Assembly (NCBI GenBank): GCA_965263355.1 | Contig: CBDHHL010000032.1 | Location: forward strand, 384,001 to 448,000 | Direction: 5' to 3' | DNA: 64,000 nt | Source: Leptolyngbyaceae cyanobacterium | Lineage (GTDB): Bacteria; Cyanobacteriota; Cyanobacteriia; Phormidesmidales; Phormidesmidaceae | In this document: positions 40,768 to 51,490 of the stretch, piece after piece | Layout: each line of letters starts with the position of its first letter | Position numbering within the stretch: the stretch's first letter is position 1 | The notes under the pieces: model-generated | Databases searched by the model: none | What the model was told of the DNA's origin: nothing | Seen by the model: only the letters and a program-made list of their open reading frames with translations | Program-made: the position numbers and the translations under genes

Positions 40768-41091
40768 ATGAGTCAGTCGAGCAACTTTGCAAGTGGATTT
40801 TTTTTAGGGGCCCTGTTGGGTGGTTTTTTGGGTGGTGTGGCTGGGGTCCTGGCTGCTAATCGAATTAAACCTACAGAATCTGAAGAAACGGTTAGTTTTA
40901 ACCAGCTTTCGGAAGATATTAGACAGAACCTGGCCGATATGGGCAATGATGAGCGTGTGGAAGCTGCCCGTCGTGGCCTCGAAGACAAGATTTCTGAGCT
41001 TAATGCCGCTATAGAGGAGGTACGTCAGCAGCTTGGCAGTACCAATGGTCATATGACTGATGATTATGAACCTTCAACTATCGATTCTTGA
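40768..41091 (+). CDS. Conserved hypothetical protein with Gly-rich TM anchor and coiled coil
   Basis: GFFLGALLGGFLGGVAG; ARRGLEDKISELN. Confidence 0.75.
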   Translation: MSQSSNFASGFFLGALLGGFLGGVAGVLAANRIKPTESEETVSFNQLSEDIRQNLADMGNDERVEAARRGLEDKISELNAAIEEVRQQLGSTNGHMTDDYEPSTIDS

Positions 41092-41223
41092 TCAGTCAAG
41101 ACTTTGTAAAAAGTTCAGTATTTTGAGGTGATTTAACCCTTAAACTTGTTCAGATGGAAGGCTGTTACACTAGATGCTAACGATCTCCAAGCATTCTCTA
41201 GTTCATTGTAACGATATACACCT

Positions 41224-41520
41224 ATGGTTATAGTTCTTCAAGCACTTGCCAGCTTTATCAGTATCTATCTTGTGTTGCTGATCATCCGAGTATTGCTTAG
41301 TTGGTTTCCCAATGTAGATTGGAGCAATCCAGCTTTTTCTGCCCTAAGTCAAATTACGGATCCGTACCTAAATCTTTTCCGTTCTATTATTCCACCTGTG
41401 GGCGGGATTGATTTCTCGGCGATTCTAGCGTTTATTGTGTTGAATTTTGTTCAATACGCTCTTAGCAGTGCTGTAGCAACCTTAGCTAGCAGCAGTTACA
41501 TGGTTTATTCAGCTTTTTAA
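41224..41520 (+). CDS. YggT/YlmG family membrane protein
   Basis: IRVLLSWFP, ITDPYLNLFRSIIPP.GGIDFS. Confidence 0.92.
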   Translation: MVIVLQALASFISIYLVLLIIRVLLSWFPNVDWSNPAFSALSQITDPYLNLFRSIIPPVGGIDFSAILAFIVLNFVQYALSSAVATLASSSYMVYSAF

Positions 41521-41574
41521 TTCTGCGTCTGTAAGCTTTTTAGGTGTTTTAAAATTTCATTCACTATTGATTAT

Positions 41575-41618
41575 TTATTAAAGGGAGGTAGCTGATAATA
41601 ACTACCTCCCTTTAATAA
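41575..41618. terminator. Bidirectional terminator-like hairpin
   Basis: 17-bp perfect IR TTATTAAAGGGAGGTAG / CTACCTCCCTTTAATAA between convergent genes. Confidence 0.75.
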
Positions 41619-41648
41619 TGCTGGTATCTAGCAAATAAGGGGATATCC

Positions 41649-42083
41649 TTAATAAATACGTCCCTGACGTCGTACCTTGCCTACGAATCCAGATGCCTTA
41701 AAGTTCTTTAGCTTTAATGGGGGGGGTTGGTTGGCGGCTACTGACACTCGAATTTCGAAATCGCTTTCACCTGGGGGAACATAGTCTACGCCACCCAGTC
41801 TGCCTCGATTCTGCATGACTGGGTTGTTGTTCTTGTCGTAAATACGGCCAAAAATATCGGCATTGAGAATGGGTTTGCCAGAGTTATTGGTCAATGTGCC
41901 GGTCACCAAATAACAGGTGGCTTTGCCAAGACTGCCTGATTCAACAATGCCTTCAGCATATTCGGCAGGGCATTCGTCGTAGGCTAGGTTGGATACTCCT
42001 AAGGCGGTCATCGCATGGGCTGGAGCTGCTATGAGTCCAAAACACATGACGAGCAAGGCGACAATGGTTGCACGAAAAGCCAT
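41649..42083 (-). CDS. Exported protein, FxLYD-like domain
   Basis: Signal peptide (AHA), paired Cys, VTG.L.N, FGRIYD. Confidence 0.7.
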   Translation of the reverse strand: MAFRATIVALLVMCFGLIAAPAHAMTALGVSNLAYDECPAEYAEGIVESGSLGKATCYLVTGTLTNNSGKPILNADIFGRIYDKNNNPVMQNRGRLGGVDYVPPGESDFEIRVSVAANQPPPLKLKNFKASGFVGKVRRQGRIY

Positions 42084-42230
42084 AGCAAAATCAGGGTAAG
42101 GGGTAGGGTAGATTTAAATTTACTAAAATTGCGATCGCAAACTAGATTGTTTAACCGCAATCAGTGCTGCTAATGGCTATGTTAAAGGTCTATGGGGCCA
42201 AAAATACACCCTGATTAAATCAGCCAATCC

Positions 42231-42344
42231 CTACGCAGTTGGCTGACGATCAGGCAATACCCAGATAAGAATAGGGGTAAGTAAAATCATGGCTAAGGAA
42301 AAGCTAAAACAAATCCAAAGTCCTTCAATTTGAGCTGGTGTCAT
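42231..42344 (-). CDS. Uncalled 37-aa single-TM small protein
   Basis: MTPAQIEGLWICFSFSLAMILLTPILIWVLPDRQPTA*, with GGAG about 9 nt upstream of the ATG. Confidence 0.55.
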   Translation of the reverse strand: MTPAQIEGLWICFSFSLAMILLTPILIWVLPDRQPTA

Positions 42345-42575
42345 GACGGATTTCTCCAAAAGTATGGGATAAGGCGTCGAACAAGTGCTAAGTAAAAACA
42401 GTTAACCTGACGAGCCAATGACGGGTGAAGCCGTTATTGGCTATGCCCGCACTCAAAGTTACAAAACTTTCCCAGAGAATTCCCTAAAGAAATGTCCGTC
42501 TGTTAGAAACCGTAAAGTCTGCTTATTAAACTTTTACACAGCTATTGTCCAGTTGGGTTTTGTGGTTTACTCAAC

Positions 42576-44111
42576 CTACTTTGCCTGAACAAATCGATCT
42601 GCAGCCAGATGACGTAGTCGGTGAATGTCTTCGCGTCGAGAAATGGAGAGGGGAACGGTTGCTTTGATCGCCCGAACAAGGAGAGCCGTGTCTAACGAGC
42701 ACTGTTCGTGGATAGATTGATACAGGCTTGACACAATAATTTGCTGAATTTCTGCACCGCTAAAGCCCTCGGTTGCCTGGACCAGTTCGGTTAGGTCAAA
42801 ATTAGTCGGAACTTGGTTGTGCCGCTTCAGATGAATTGTCAGAATCGTGGCCCGGTCTTGAGGATCGGGTAAATCGACAAAGAAAATCTCATCAAAGCGT
42901 CCCTTACGGAGTAATTCAGGGGGAAGCTGAGAAATGTCATTGGCCGTGGCAACCACAAAAACTTCCTGGGATTTTTCCTGCAGCCAAGTTAAAAACGAAC
43001 CAAATAGACGACGGCTGAGACCGCCATCCGTATCCATGCCTTGGGCACCTCCCATGGTTTTTTCAATTTCATCAATCCACAATACTGCCGGGGACATTTT
43101 TTCTGCCAGGGAAACAGCTTGGCGAAAGTTCTTTTCTGAACCGCCCACATATTTATCGTAGAGTCGTCCGGCATCAAGTTTGAGTAGGGGCATTTGCCAC
43201 TCACGAGCAATGGTTTTAGCCGCTAATGACTTGCCACACCCCTGGATACCCACGATTAAAATCCCTTTAGGGGGCGTTAGGTTAAAGGCTTGAGCTTGGG
43301 GACTAAAACCCATGCGGGCACGGGCTAACCAATGCTTTAGGCCATCAAAGCCTCCCAGTTCGGCTGTATTTTTCTCAACTGGAATATAATCCAGCAAACC
43401 GCTTTCACGGATAATTTGCATTTTGCGTTCTAGCACCCGACCGATATCTTGTGAGGTCAAATGACCATCTTCCAAGGCCGCATAGGCAATTACTTTTTTA
43501 GTTTGGTTGAGAGTCATGCCCTGGGTCGTATTTACCAGGGTGCGCATTTCCTCTGGGCTAAGTTTGACCTTAATGCGTCCCCGTAGAGCCTGGACTGCGT
43601 CCACAATGGCTTTATGTAACTCGTCCCGGTCCGGCAAAGGCATATCAAAATAAACTGCCTCGTGGGCAATTTCCCTGGATAAGGAAACTTGCTCACCGGA
43701 AATTAGCAGGGTGGACTGGTTGTGGGAGAATTGTTGAGCTACTTCCCGAAAGAGTCGGGTAACGACCACATCGTCAAAGTGGGTGGCAAAGTCTTTGAGC
43801 CAGTAGACAGCGCGATGTTGAATAGCCTGCATATGGCGTAAGGCATCAATGGGCTCAGCGGTGTCAGTGTCGACCGCAGCACGGCTGGCTCCCGGTGGGG
43901 CATATTCATTTTGCCAACGGTTATAGCGATTTCCCTCTAACCGAACCAGACCCTGGGCAATACTCCATTCATAGACCGGGAGTTGCAAATCCAGGGTAGC
44001 TTTGTTGATCAATTTCTGGATGCGTTCTTCTTCAACCGTTTCCACCACAATGATGGGATGGAAGGACATGATTAAGGTTTGCAGGTGACGAACGCTGGCA
44101 GCAAAGGACAT
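42576..44111 (-). CDS. Ycf46-like AAA+ ATPase
   Basis: GG...LK.WL, GIQGCGKS, LWIDEIEK, TAN, RKGRFDEIFFVDLP; degenerate first AAA module. ATG at 44111 preferred. Confidence 0.88.
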   Translation of the reverse strand: MSFAASVRHLQTLIMSFHPIIVVETVEEERIQKLINKATLDLQLPVYEWSIAQGLVRLEGNRYNRWQNEYAPPGASRAAVDTDTAEPIDALRHMQAIQHRAVYWLKDFATHFDDVVVTRLFREVAQQFSHNQSTLLISGEQVSLSREIAHEAVYFDMPLPDRDELHKAIVDAVQALRGRIKVKLSPEEMRTLVNTTQGMTLNQTKKVIAYAALEDGHLTSQDIGRVLERKMQIIRESGLLDYIPVEKNTAELGGFDGLKHWLARARMGFSPQAQAFNLTPPKGILIVGIQGCGKSLAAKTIAREWQMPLLKLDAGRLYDKYVGGSEKNFRQAVSLAEKMSPAVLWIDEIEKTMGGAQGMDTDGGLSRRLFGSFLTWLQEKSQEVFVVATANDISQLPPELLRKGRFDEIFFVDLPDPQDRATILTIHLKRHNQVPTNFDLTELVQATEGFSGAEIQQIIVSSLYQSIHEQCSLDTALLVRAIKATVPLSISRREDIHRLRHLAADRFVQAK

Positions 44112-44176
44112 AGGTAGACAATTCAGGCTATCTGGCTTTAAGATGCCCAGATAGCTATGCAAGGGGAAAGTGTAGG

Positions 44177-45400
44177 CTAGCTGTTGTTAATAGGATTATT
44201 GGACTGATTAACATCATCATTAACTTCACTAGAATCTGGCGTGATTCCAGGTGAAGGGTCTGTTATTTCCAGGAGAGACTCTGTATTATCTGGTACACCA
44301 GCTAACGCTGTTTTCCAGGAAGCAAAGTCAGAAAATTCCCATTGGTCGAGAATGTCTTTGACCAAGAGTTCTTGCAACCAAATTTTGGCAACAACAGCTA
44401 GGGGTAAGGCTAAGACTAGACCAAGAAATCCAAAGATGGCAGCGAAACAAATTTGTGCAATTAAGGTAAATGCTGGTGGTAAAGAGATTTGACGGGCCAT
44501 AACCGTCGGTGTTAACCAGTAGCTTTCAATCTGTTGGATAATGGCGTACCAAATAATCACAGGGATAATTTTGAAGGGGTCATCTGTAAGGGCAACGATG
44601 GCTGGGAAAATAACGCTCAAGCTTGGTCCAACATTGGGAATGAAGTTTAGGACACCTGCTAGTAATGCGTTGGCAAAAGGGAATTCGATGCCCAATAGTA
44701 GTAGGCCAACAAAGCTGAGAAAGAAAATAAAAACAGAATTGAGGACAATGCCACCTAACCAATTACACAGAGCGACTTCACATTCCTGTAGAATGCCGTC
44801 TGCTCGTCGTCGATAAAACGATGGAATTAATCGCAGCAGTGAATTGCGATAAAGTGTGGGATTTCCTAAAAACATGAGGGATAGAATCACCACCAGGAGT
44901 ACTTGAAGCAGTACCCGCAGGGAAGAGTTAAAAAAGGAAAAGAAGTTGTTAAAAACATCAAGAACCGTTGAATCAGGAAAACTATCCCAGTTAAAGACTT
45001 CAACTGACTGCAGCCAGTTGAGAAATTCTTCTGATTCAGGAAATCGCAGTTGTCTAGGGAGTGCAACAGTCTGACCCAGGAAGTCTAAAATTTTGGCCAA
45101 AATGAAAGGGATTTCATCAATGCCGTCGATGATAACTTTAATTAATTCATTGAATTGGGCAATGAAGGGGGGGACAACGCCTAACAGAAATAACGTAATC
45201 GATAAAAAGCTTATACTTAGGACTATAGGAATAGTAAATTGCCTTGGAATACCGGTTCTCTGGAGACGTCGGACAAAGCTATTGAGTGCGATCGCAATGA
45301 TCACTGCCATAAACACCAGCAGCAAAATTGCACGAAGACTCCAAAGGATGTAGACAGTCGCTAAGATACTGAGCAGGCCAATCCATTCACCAAGTTTCAC
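44177..45400 (-). CDS. AI-2E family transporter
   Basis: Multiple TM helices; LNFIPNVGP, IQQIESYWLTP, GFLGLVLALPL. Confidence 0.9.
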   Translation of the reverse strand: MKLGEWIGLLSILATVYILWSLRAILLLVFMAVIIAIALNSFVRRLQRTGIPRQFTIPIVLSISFLSITLFLLGVVPPFIAQFNELIKVIIDGIDEIPFILAKILDFLGQTVALPRQLRFPESEEFLNWLQSVEVFNWDSFPDSTVLDVFNNFFSFFNSSLRVLLQVLLVVILSLMFLGNPTLYRNSLLRLIPSFYRRRADGILQECEVALCNWLGGIVLNSVFIFFLSFVGLLLLGIEFPFANALLAGVLNFIPNVGPSLSVIFPAIVALTDDPFKIIPVIIWYAIIQQIESYWLTPTVMARQISLPPAFTLIAQICFAAIFGFLGLVLALPLAVVAKIWLQELLVKDILDQWEFSDFASWKTALAGVPDNTESLLEITDPSPGITPDSSEVNDDVNQSNNPINNS

Positions 45401-45581
45401 AAGATACTCCTGACTGTTACTACAGCTAATTATGTCCTATTGGTCTAATGCTGGTCTTTGAGCTACATCACAACGGTTAGGCAGAATTCAGCCTAATCTA
45501 GCTAACTCAAGCAGAATATACTTCCCTCAAAAAAATAAATCTGACATTCATCTGACATTCAATCATTACCTTGATGCTATT

Positions 45582-47939
45582 TTGACTACCCCAACTCCCC
45601 AGTGGCAGTTGCCCGATGGCGAAACGATATCGACTGATTGGGTAGACCTTGTCCAAGCCGTTACAAATTTTGCTAGTCCTCCCAAGCATGCAGCTCAGTT
45701 GCTCTGGCAGCGGGGCATTTGTACCTCTGACCAGCTAAAGGCATTTATTCATCCTGATGCTTACGAACCTACGCCACCTGATGCTTTTGGAATGGAAATG
45801 CTCCAGGCAGTTAAACGTATTCTGCACGCGTTAGAGCGTGAGGAGACGGTTACGATTTGGGGCGATTTTGATGCCGACGGTATTACCTCTACCGCTGTAC
45901 TTTGGGATGGTTTGCGGCAATTCTTTCCCGCCGGACAACTCAATTACTTTATTCCTAACCGCCTAACCGATGCCCATGGCCTTTCGTTTCATGGCCTTGA
46001 TGTCCTGGCAGCCAATGGCACGAGTTTAGTAATCACCTGTGATAACGGCAGTACCAATATGCCAGAAATCGACCATGCTCGACAATTAGGGATAGATATT
46101 ATAATTACTGACCATCATACAATACCTGATAAACGCCCAGCTGTGGTTGCCATCATAAATCCACGCTATTTTGAGGCCGATCATCCCCTGGCAAATTTAT
46201 CCGGTGTTGCCGTGGCCTATAAGCTAGTAGAAGCTCTCTATGAACAACTGACACCATCCCGAGGCTTGCACGAACTGACCGATTTGGTGGCCATTGGTCT
46301 GATCGCGGATTTAGTTCAACTGAGTGGTGATTGTCGTTATCTCGCACAAATTGGTATTCGTCAGCTCCAGACCCATCTAAAGACCGATGCCCCCATTCGT
46401 CCGGGTGTGGCCCAGCTATTAAAGCTATGTCGTCGCACAGGGGACAGACCTACAGATATTTCCTTTGGCATTGGCCCTCGCATCAATGCCGTAAGCCGAA
46501 TCCAGGGGGATGCTCAATTTTGCGTTGATTTGCTCACCAGTGACGATCCAAACCACTGTCAAGCATTGGCGGAGCAGACAGAGTGGGCCAATACCCGGCG
46601 TAAGGTGTTACAAAAAGACGTGTATAACCAGGTCAGCCAGCGATTGTCCGAATTGGATATGGCTACGGTTCAAGTGATAGTGCTAGCCGATGCTCAATGG
46701 CCGACAGGGGTATTGGGCATTGTGGCCGGGCAGGTGGCCCAGGAATATGGCAAGCCCACTATTTTGCTAACGATTGATGGTGAGGTGGCACGGGGGTCAG
46801 CCCGGTCAGTGAATCGGATTGATCTTTATCAGCTGGTGACAGACCAGTCCCATTTACTAACGAGTTTTGGGGGCCATCCGTTTGCGGCGGGGATGACACT
46901 GCCGGTGGAAAATATTGGCTTGTTTAGCGATGCCCTAAACCGTCAACTGCGTCAGGTGGGGGTCGTCTCTGGGCCTATCATCACTGTAGATCTGGAGGTG
47001 AGCGTTTGTGAGCTAGGCAAGAATCTGTTTCAGCAATTGAATGTACTAGAGCCCTACGGCATGGGTAACCTGGTGCCGCGACTGCTAATTCGTAATGCCT
47101 GGTTTGACAATACTTGGCATCAAAAGATTAAGGATCCCGTGTCAAAGCGTAAGCTCAGGTTTATTAAAACTCACTTTTTGCTCAAGGACGACACGTCAAC
47201 AGCAGGCTTCCCAGGTCTATGGTGGGGGCATTACAAGGACGACTTGCCGATGGGCCGGTGTGATCTGGTGGTGGAACTGGATTTTAATGCCTATTCTCGG
47301 CAAAAGCAGCCCCAGTATGGGGGCTATGAGGTACGGTTGATTGATGTGAGAGCTGTGGCGACTAAGGTGACAGCTACACCGAAGCAGCAGGTAATTGATC
47401 GTCGTGCTCAGTCTGCTGAATCCGAGGTATCAGATGCGGTGGTAGTGACCCAATGTCCAACAACATGGCAAGAATTGTGGCCCTGGTTTCATCAGGCTAG
47501 CCAGCAGCAGAAACCTTTAGTACTGGCCTATGGCAAGCCTGAGCTTGAGCCTCCAGTTGAAGTTTGGAAGCAATTGGTAGGCCTTGCCAAATATATGGCG
47601 CGCACTGAGACAAGTGTGACGGTGGCAGAACTGATGACAAAATTGAAGATGGGAGAGGTGACTTTACGAGCTGGGTTGTTGGCGCTGGAAAGTTTGGGGT
47701 TTCGGCATAGGCAAACTGATCTTGATATGGCAATAGAAAGTGAAGGGGAGGCTCTGTCTTCCTTATCATCTCCATCTGCAACCCTAACTCTTACGTATGA
47801 TGTAACTCTGGCAGCAACAATAGAACAACAACAGGCTAAGCTCCGTTTGTTCTTGGCAAGTTTACGAGAAGAACAGTTCCAACAAAAGTACTTTTCTGAT
47901 ATGCCTGTAACTATTGCCCAAACGGTTATGAATCCATAA
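45582..47939 (+). CDS. recJ: ssDNA-specific exonuclease RecJ
   Basis: GDFDADG, TCDNG, TDHH, GLIAD, PRINA, GSARS, GGHPFAAG, LEPYGMGN. Confidence 0.93.
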   Translation: MTTPTPQWQLPDGETISTDWVDLVQAVTNFASPPKHAAQLLWQRGICTSDQLKAFIHPDAYEPTPPDAFGMEMLQAVKRILHALEREETVTIWGDFDADGITSTAVLWDGLRQFFPAGQLNYFIPNRLTDAHGLSFHGLDVLAANGTSLVITCDNGSTNMPEIDHARQLGIDIIITDHHTIPDKRPAVVAIINPRYFEADHPLANLSGVAVAYKLVEALYEQLTPSRGLHELTDLVAIGLIADLVQLSGDCRYLAQIGIRQLQTHLKTDAPIRPGVAQLLKLCRRTGDRPTDISFGIGPRINAVSRIQGDAQFCVDLLTSDDPNHCQALAEQTEWANTRRKVLQKDVYNQVSQRLSELDMATVQVIVLADAQWPTGVLGIVAGQVAQEYGKPTILLTIDGEVARGSARSVNRIDLYQLVTDQSHLLTSFGGHPFAAGMTLPVENIGLFSDALNRQLRQVGVVSGPIITVDLEVSVCELGKNLFQQLNVLEPYGMGNLVPRLLIRNAWFDNTWHQKIKDPVSKRKLRFIKTHFLLKDDTSTAGFPGLWWGHYKDDLPMGRCDLVVELDFNAYSRQKQPQYGGYEVRLIDVRAVATKVTATPKQQVIDRRAQSAESEVSDAVVVTQCPTTWQELWPWFHQASQQQKPLVLAYGKPELEPPVEVWKQLVGLAKYMARTETSVTVAELMTKLKMGEVTLRAGLLALESLGFRHRQTDLDMAIESEGEALSSLSSPSATLTLTYDVTLAATIEQQQAKLRLFLASLREEQFQQKYFSDMPVTIAQTVMNP

Positions 47940-47961
47940 GCGTTTGAATTGCGGACTTATC

Positions 47962-48354
47962 CTATGTAGGATTTGTGATCAGTAACTCCCTTGTATTCTC
48001 TGACAATAAAAACCAGCTGATGGTATTTTCTGTTCTTTCTTTAGCTAAATAGAGATCAAAGGGGCCAGATTCTTTTTTTTCTCTACTAGGGAACTGGATG
48101 ATGACTTGATAGGTACCTTGTACATGAAAGACATCGTCACCTTGGGGTTCTCTGAGGGTCACCTCTACTTGACGGAGTTTAAAGTTTGTTAGCTGAGGTA
48201 CTTTTGGAGCTAAATGAGCGACTAATGTCTGCTGGGTTTGGGCAATTTTCAGGGCTAGAGCCTGTTCCACCACTGATTGAGGTGGCAATTTGCCACTACA
48301 GGCTTGTAAAAGTAAAACTAAGCCAAGTAAGCATAACCAACGTAAAAGACTCAT
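47962..48354 (-). CDS. Hypothetical lipoprotein
   Basis: Lipobox LQAC after a hydrophobic stretch. Confidence 0.7.
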   Translation of the reverse strand: MSLLRWLCLLGLVLLLQACSGKLPPQSVVEQALALKIAQTQQTLVAHLAPKVPQLTNFKLRQVEVTLREPQGDDVFHVQGTYQVIIQFPSREKKESGPFDLYLAKERTENTISWFLLSENTRELLITNPT

Positions 48355-48463
48355 AACCCCTTATTCACTAGCATTCTAATTTTAGAATCGCATTACCGGG
48401 ATGTGAAGTAGATCATTAAGGTAAAGTCTGGGACATAGTTCCCTTATTACTCTTGTTTTTTCC

Positions 48464-49378
48464 ATGACTGCCCTTCTTACCTTAAACTTGCAAGCATTTC
48501 TGTACGGTTCATTTACGCAGCAGCAGCAATTTGTTTGTAGCTTAGGGCAGGCCCTAGAGACCGTCGGCTTTTTCGCTCTAGAAAATCATGGTATTGATAA
48601 CGCTTTAATCAGATCTGCCTATGGTGCTGCCGCAGATTTTTTCACTCTGCCAGAGGCCATTAAACAAAACTATGAACGACCAGACATCCATCAACAGCGA
48701 GGGTTTACTCGCTTTGGTCAAGAACATGCAAAGGATAGTAATGCTCCTGATTTAAAGGAGTTCTGGCATGTCGGTCGTGAAGCAGATCTGGCGAATCCAT
48801 GGCCCCAGGAGGTGCCCCAATTTGAACCGTCGATGTCCATGCTCTATACGAATTTGGAAACATGTGCAGCTCACTTATTACAAGCCTGTGCTCTGTATCT
48901 AGGCCTACCTAGAAACTTTTTTGATCAAGAAGCTGCTCAAGGCAGAAGCATTTTGCGGATCTTGCACTACCCGCCTTTAGCAGAGAATAAGCCTATCAAA
49001 GGCCTTAGAGCCGCCCCCCACGAGGATATTAATCTGATCACCCTCCTCTGTGAGTCCACAGGGCCAGGTTTGGAACTACTACGGGCAGATGGCAGCTGGT
49101 TAGCCATTGAATCCCTACCCGGTCAGATTATTGTGGATACTGGGGATATGCTGCAAGCCTTAAGTAATGGTGTCTTTAAAAGCACGACCCATCGAGTGGT
49201 TAATCTAGATGGGCAACATCGTAGATTTTCTCTACCCTTTTTTATGCATCCCCGTTCAGACTTTGACCTTACGCCTCTGTCTAGTTGTGTCGAGTGTACA
49301 GGTGGCCTCTCCAGATTTCCATCCCAGACAGCGGGACAATACCTGCAGCAACGTCTTCAGGAAATTGGATTAGCGTAA
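48464..49378 (+). CDS. 2OG-Fe(II) oxygenase, isopenicillin N synthase-like family
   Basis: GFF.L.NHG, LHYPP, HED, THRV, RFS. Confidence 0.9.
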   Translation: MTALLTLNLQAFLYGSFTQQQQFVCSLGQALETVGFFALENHGIDNALIRSAYGAAADFFTLPEAIKQNYERPDIHQQRGFTRFGQEHAKDSNAPDLKEFWHVGREADLANPWPQEVPQFEPSMSMLYTNLETCAAHLLQACALYLGLPRNFFDQEAAQGRSILRILHYPPLAENKPIKGLRAAPHEDINLITLLCESTGPGLELLRADGSWLAIESLPGQIIVDTGDMLQALSNGVFKSTTHRVVNLDGQHRRFSLPFFMHPRSDFDLTPLSSCVECTGGLSRFPSQTAGQYLQQRLQEIGLA

Positions 49379-49511
49379 TTATATCCAGGTGGGGGACGCT
49401 AACACGGCATAATAGATACCAGTCAAAAGATACCAGCCAAACTCTATTCTTCGACTAGCTTAGTACAAGCCCTCGATTAGTTCACAACAAGCTTTCTTTC
49501 CTACTAATTCA

Positions 49512-50444
49512 ATGAACATTGCCGCTGCCTTACCAACTGCTATCGTTACCCTCCGTGAAGGCGTAGAAGCTGCACTGGTGGTTGGGATTGTTTTAGCCTG
49601 TTTAAATAAGGCTGAGAAATCCCATCTAAATCAGTGGGTTTTTGGTGGAGTGATAGCTGGTATGGTGGGCAGCATTCTAATTGGTTCGTTTTTAGGCCTG
49701 GGATTACATCAACTGCAGTATGTGATGCCTAATGCTGAGGGGCTGTTAAAACCGATCCTTGGAATTCTATTTGGCAGTATCGCCATCATCATGCTGAGCT
49801 GGATGTTGCTATGGATGACCCGTCAAGCCAGATCTTTAAAGGCAGAAATTAGTCAGACTGTCACCACAGCTTTAACGAATGAAGCAGTTGGTCTGAGTAT
49901 TTTTAGCTTGGTCTGCATTGCTGTGCTTAGGGAAGGATTTGAAACAGTTTTGTTTTTGTTTACTCAGCCCCAAACGTTAATGGGGAGTCTTTTGGGTGTG
50001 GGTATGGGGCTGCTGGGGGCTATATTAATTGGATTTGGACTGTTTAAATGGGGCGTTCGCATTAATTTGAAATTGTTTTTTCAAGTCATGGGTGTGCTGT
50101 TGTTACTGATTATTTCAGGACTCGTGGTATCGGTGTGTCGTAGCATTGATGTTACATTTGCCACCCTCAGTCAGTTCAACAGCCTTTCCCTGGACCTGTG
50201 TCTTGGATTTGGGCAGTCTTGTGTACTAGGTCCCCTGATTTGGGATATGAGCCAAATCTTGCCAGATAAACAGCTGCCAGGGGTGCTCTTAAAGGTATTA
50301 CTGGGATATCGCGATCACATCTACCTGATTCAGGTAATAACCTATGTCTTGTTCTGGCTTGTCATTGGTAATCGATATTTCCGCATCCTCAATCAACCGA
50401 TTAGCAAAAACACTCAAACTACGCCAATGTCTCCATCAGCCTGA
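49512..50444 (+). CDS. FTR1/EfeU family iron permease
   Basis: Two RExxE motifs (LREGVE, LREGFE); about 7 TM helices. Confidence 0.9.
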   Translation: MNIAAALPTAIVTLREGVEAALVVGIVLACLNKAEKSHLNQWVFGGVIAGMVGSILIGSFLGLGLHQLQYVMPNAEGLLKPILGILFGSIAIIMLSWMLLWMTRQARSLKAEISQTVTTALTNEAVGLSIFSLVCIAVLREGFETVLFLFTQPQTLMGSLLGVGMGLLGAILIGFGLFKWGVRINLKLFFQVMGVLLLLIISGLVVSVCRSIDVTFATLSQFNSLSLDLCLGFGQSCVLGPLIWDMSQILPDKQLPGVLLKVLLGYRDHIYLIQVITYVLFWLVIGNRYFRILNQPISKNTQTTPMSPSA

Positions 50445-50641
50445 AGAAGCATAGCGTTCCGCTTACCTTTTGCAACAACATTAGTATTTAATATACTAAA
50501 AATAACAATTTATAACCTACTGGCAGATCTAGATGAGGCCTGAATTCTAATCTGTCGGCAACAAACTTGACTGACTCAGAACCCAAACCTATTCATCTAA
50601 AAATGCCGCTTTCATTAGGCAATTAATAACGATTGACTTCG

Positions 50642-51019
50642 CTATGAGCTTCTAGGGCTACTGTCGGAATCGCTTTGATCCAGTAGACGCTCAAACCGAT
50701 CTTTTGACCAGCGGTCTGTTGCGTAGGAAATGGCGCTGATTTCAGCTAGCCGAATAAGCCACACTGTTCGCTGATAAGGATCATCCGGTAGTTCATCATC
50801 TTCGTAACCTTCCGCGACATCCACATCCACAACTTCCACGTAGTCACCGTCTAAATAAATAGGAATGCCCACTAGTCTTGTTCCTGGCATTCGAAACCAA
50901 ACTTCACTACCGGTGTGTAGAGCTTCTTCTAAGCGTTTGTAGAGTCGTGTTTGATTTGGAGCTTTGCAGGCGCGGGACTCTGATTCATGCTGGATGAGCG
51001 GTCGAGGGGTATTTTGCAT
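50642..51019 (-). CDS. Hypothetical protein
   Basis: ATG at 51019 preceded by AGGAGAG; beta-rich core, W.IRL.EI.AISY. Confidence 0.7.
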   Translation of the reverse strand: MQNTPRPLIQHESESRACKAPNQTRLYKRLEEALHTGSEVWFRMPGTRLVGIPIYLDGDYVEVVDVDVAEGYEDDELPDDPYQRTVWLIRLAEISAISYATDRWSKDRFERLLDQSDSDSSPRSS

Positions 51020-51490
51020 GCTTCTCTCCTTTTGGTCAATACACAATGCCGTACACAGGCCACTTACTTGTTTAACAGCGATAGTTAAACCTACTTAAGC
51101 AAATGGTTTTAGAGCTGGACATCTGGCATATCTCTACCGAGGGACACCTCCTTTTGCTAATAAAACAAGTGAATAGAGTTAGTTCAGCGGCTTGCCTAGG
51201 GCCTAAACTAAACACCTATAGTAGGCAAGCATATTATAAGAATGCCCAAGTCTACTATAGGCAGAACCTTTCTAGGTAGTCTACATCATAACAATATAGA
51301 CGAGTAGACCTAACAATCAAGAGATTTCTCTGGCCTATTCGCCTTTCATTTACTACGGCTACAAACGATCTCAAAAAATGTAATAGTTGGCAAAATTGCC
51401 GAGCTTAAATCACTACACCCAAACTGAAGTAACGTCTGTCATTACCCCAGGGTGTATGGATTCAATTAGAAATGATTAAAATAAAGCCGT

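Noticed and set aside
42231..42344. Naming the small ORF psbX
   Set aside because: Only length and MTP...LW resemble PsbX; the C-terminal SQxD motif is absent.
51106..51116. GTTTTAGAGCT, resembling the start of a type II CRISPR repeat
   Set aside because: Single 11-bp match with no repeat-spacer periodicity and no cas genes.
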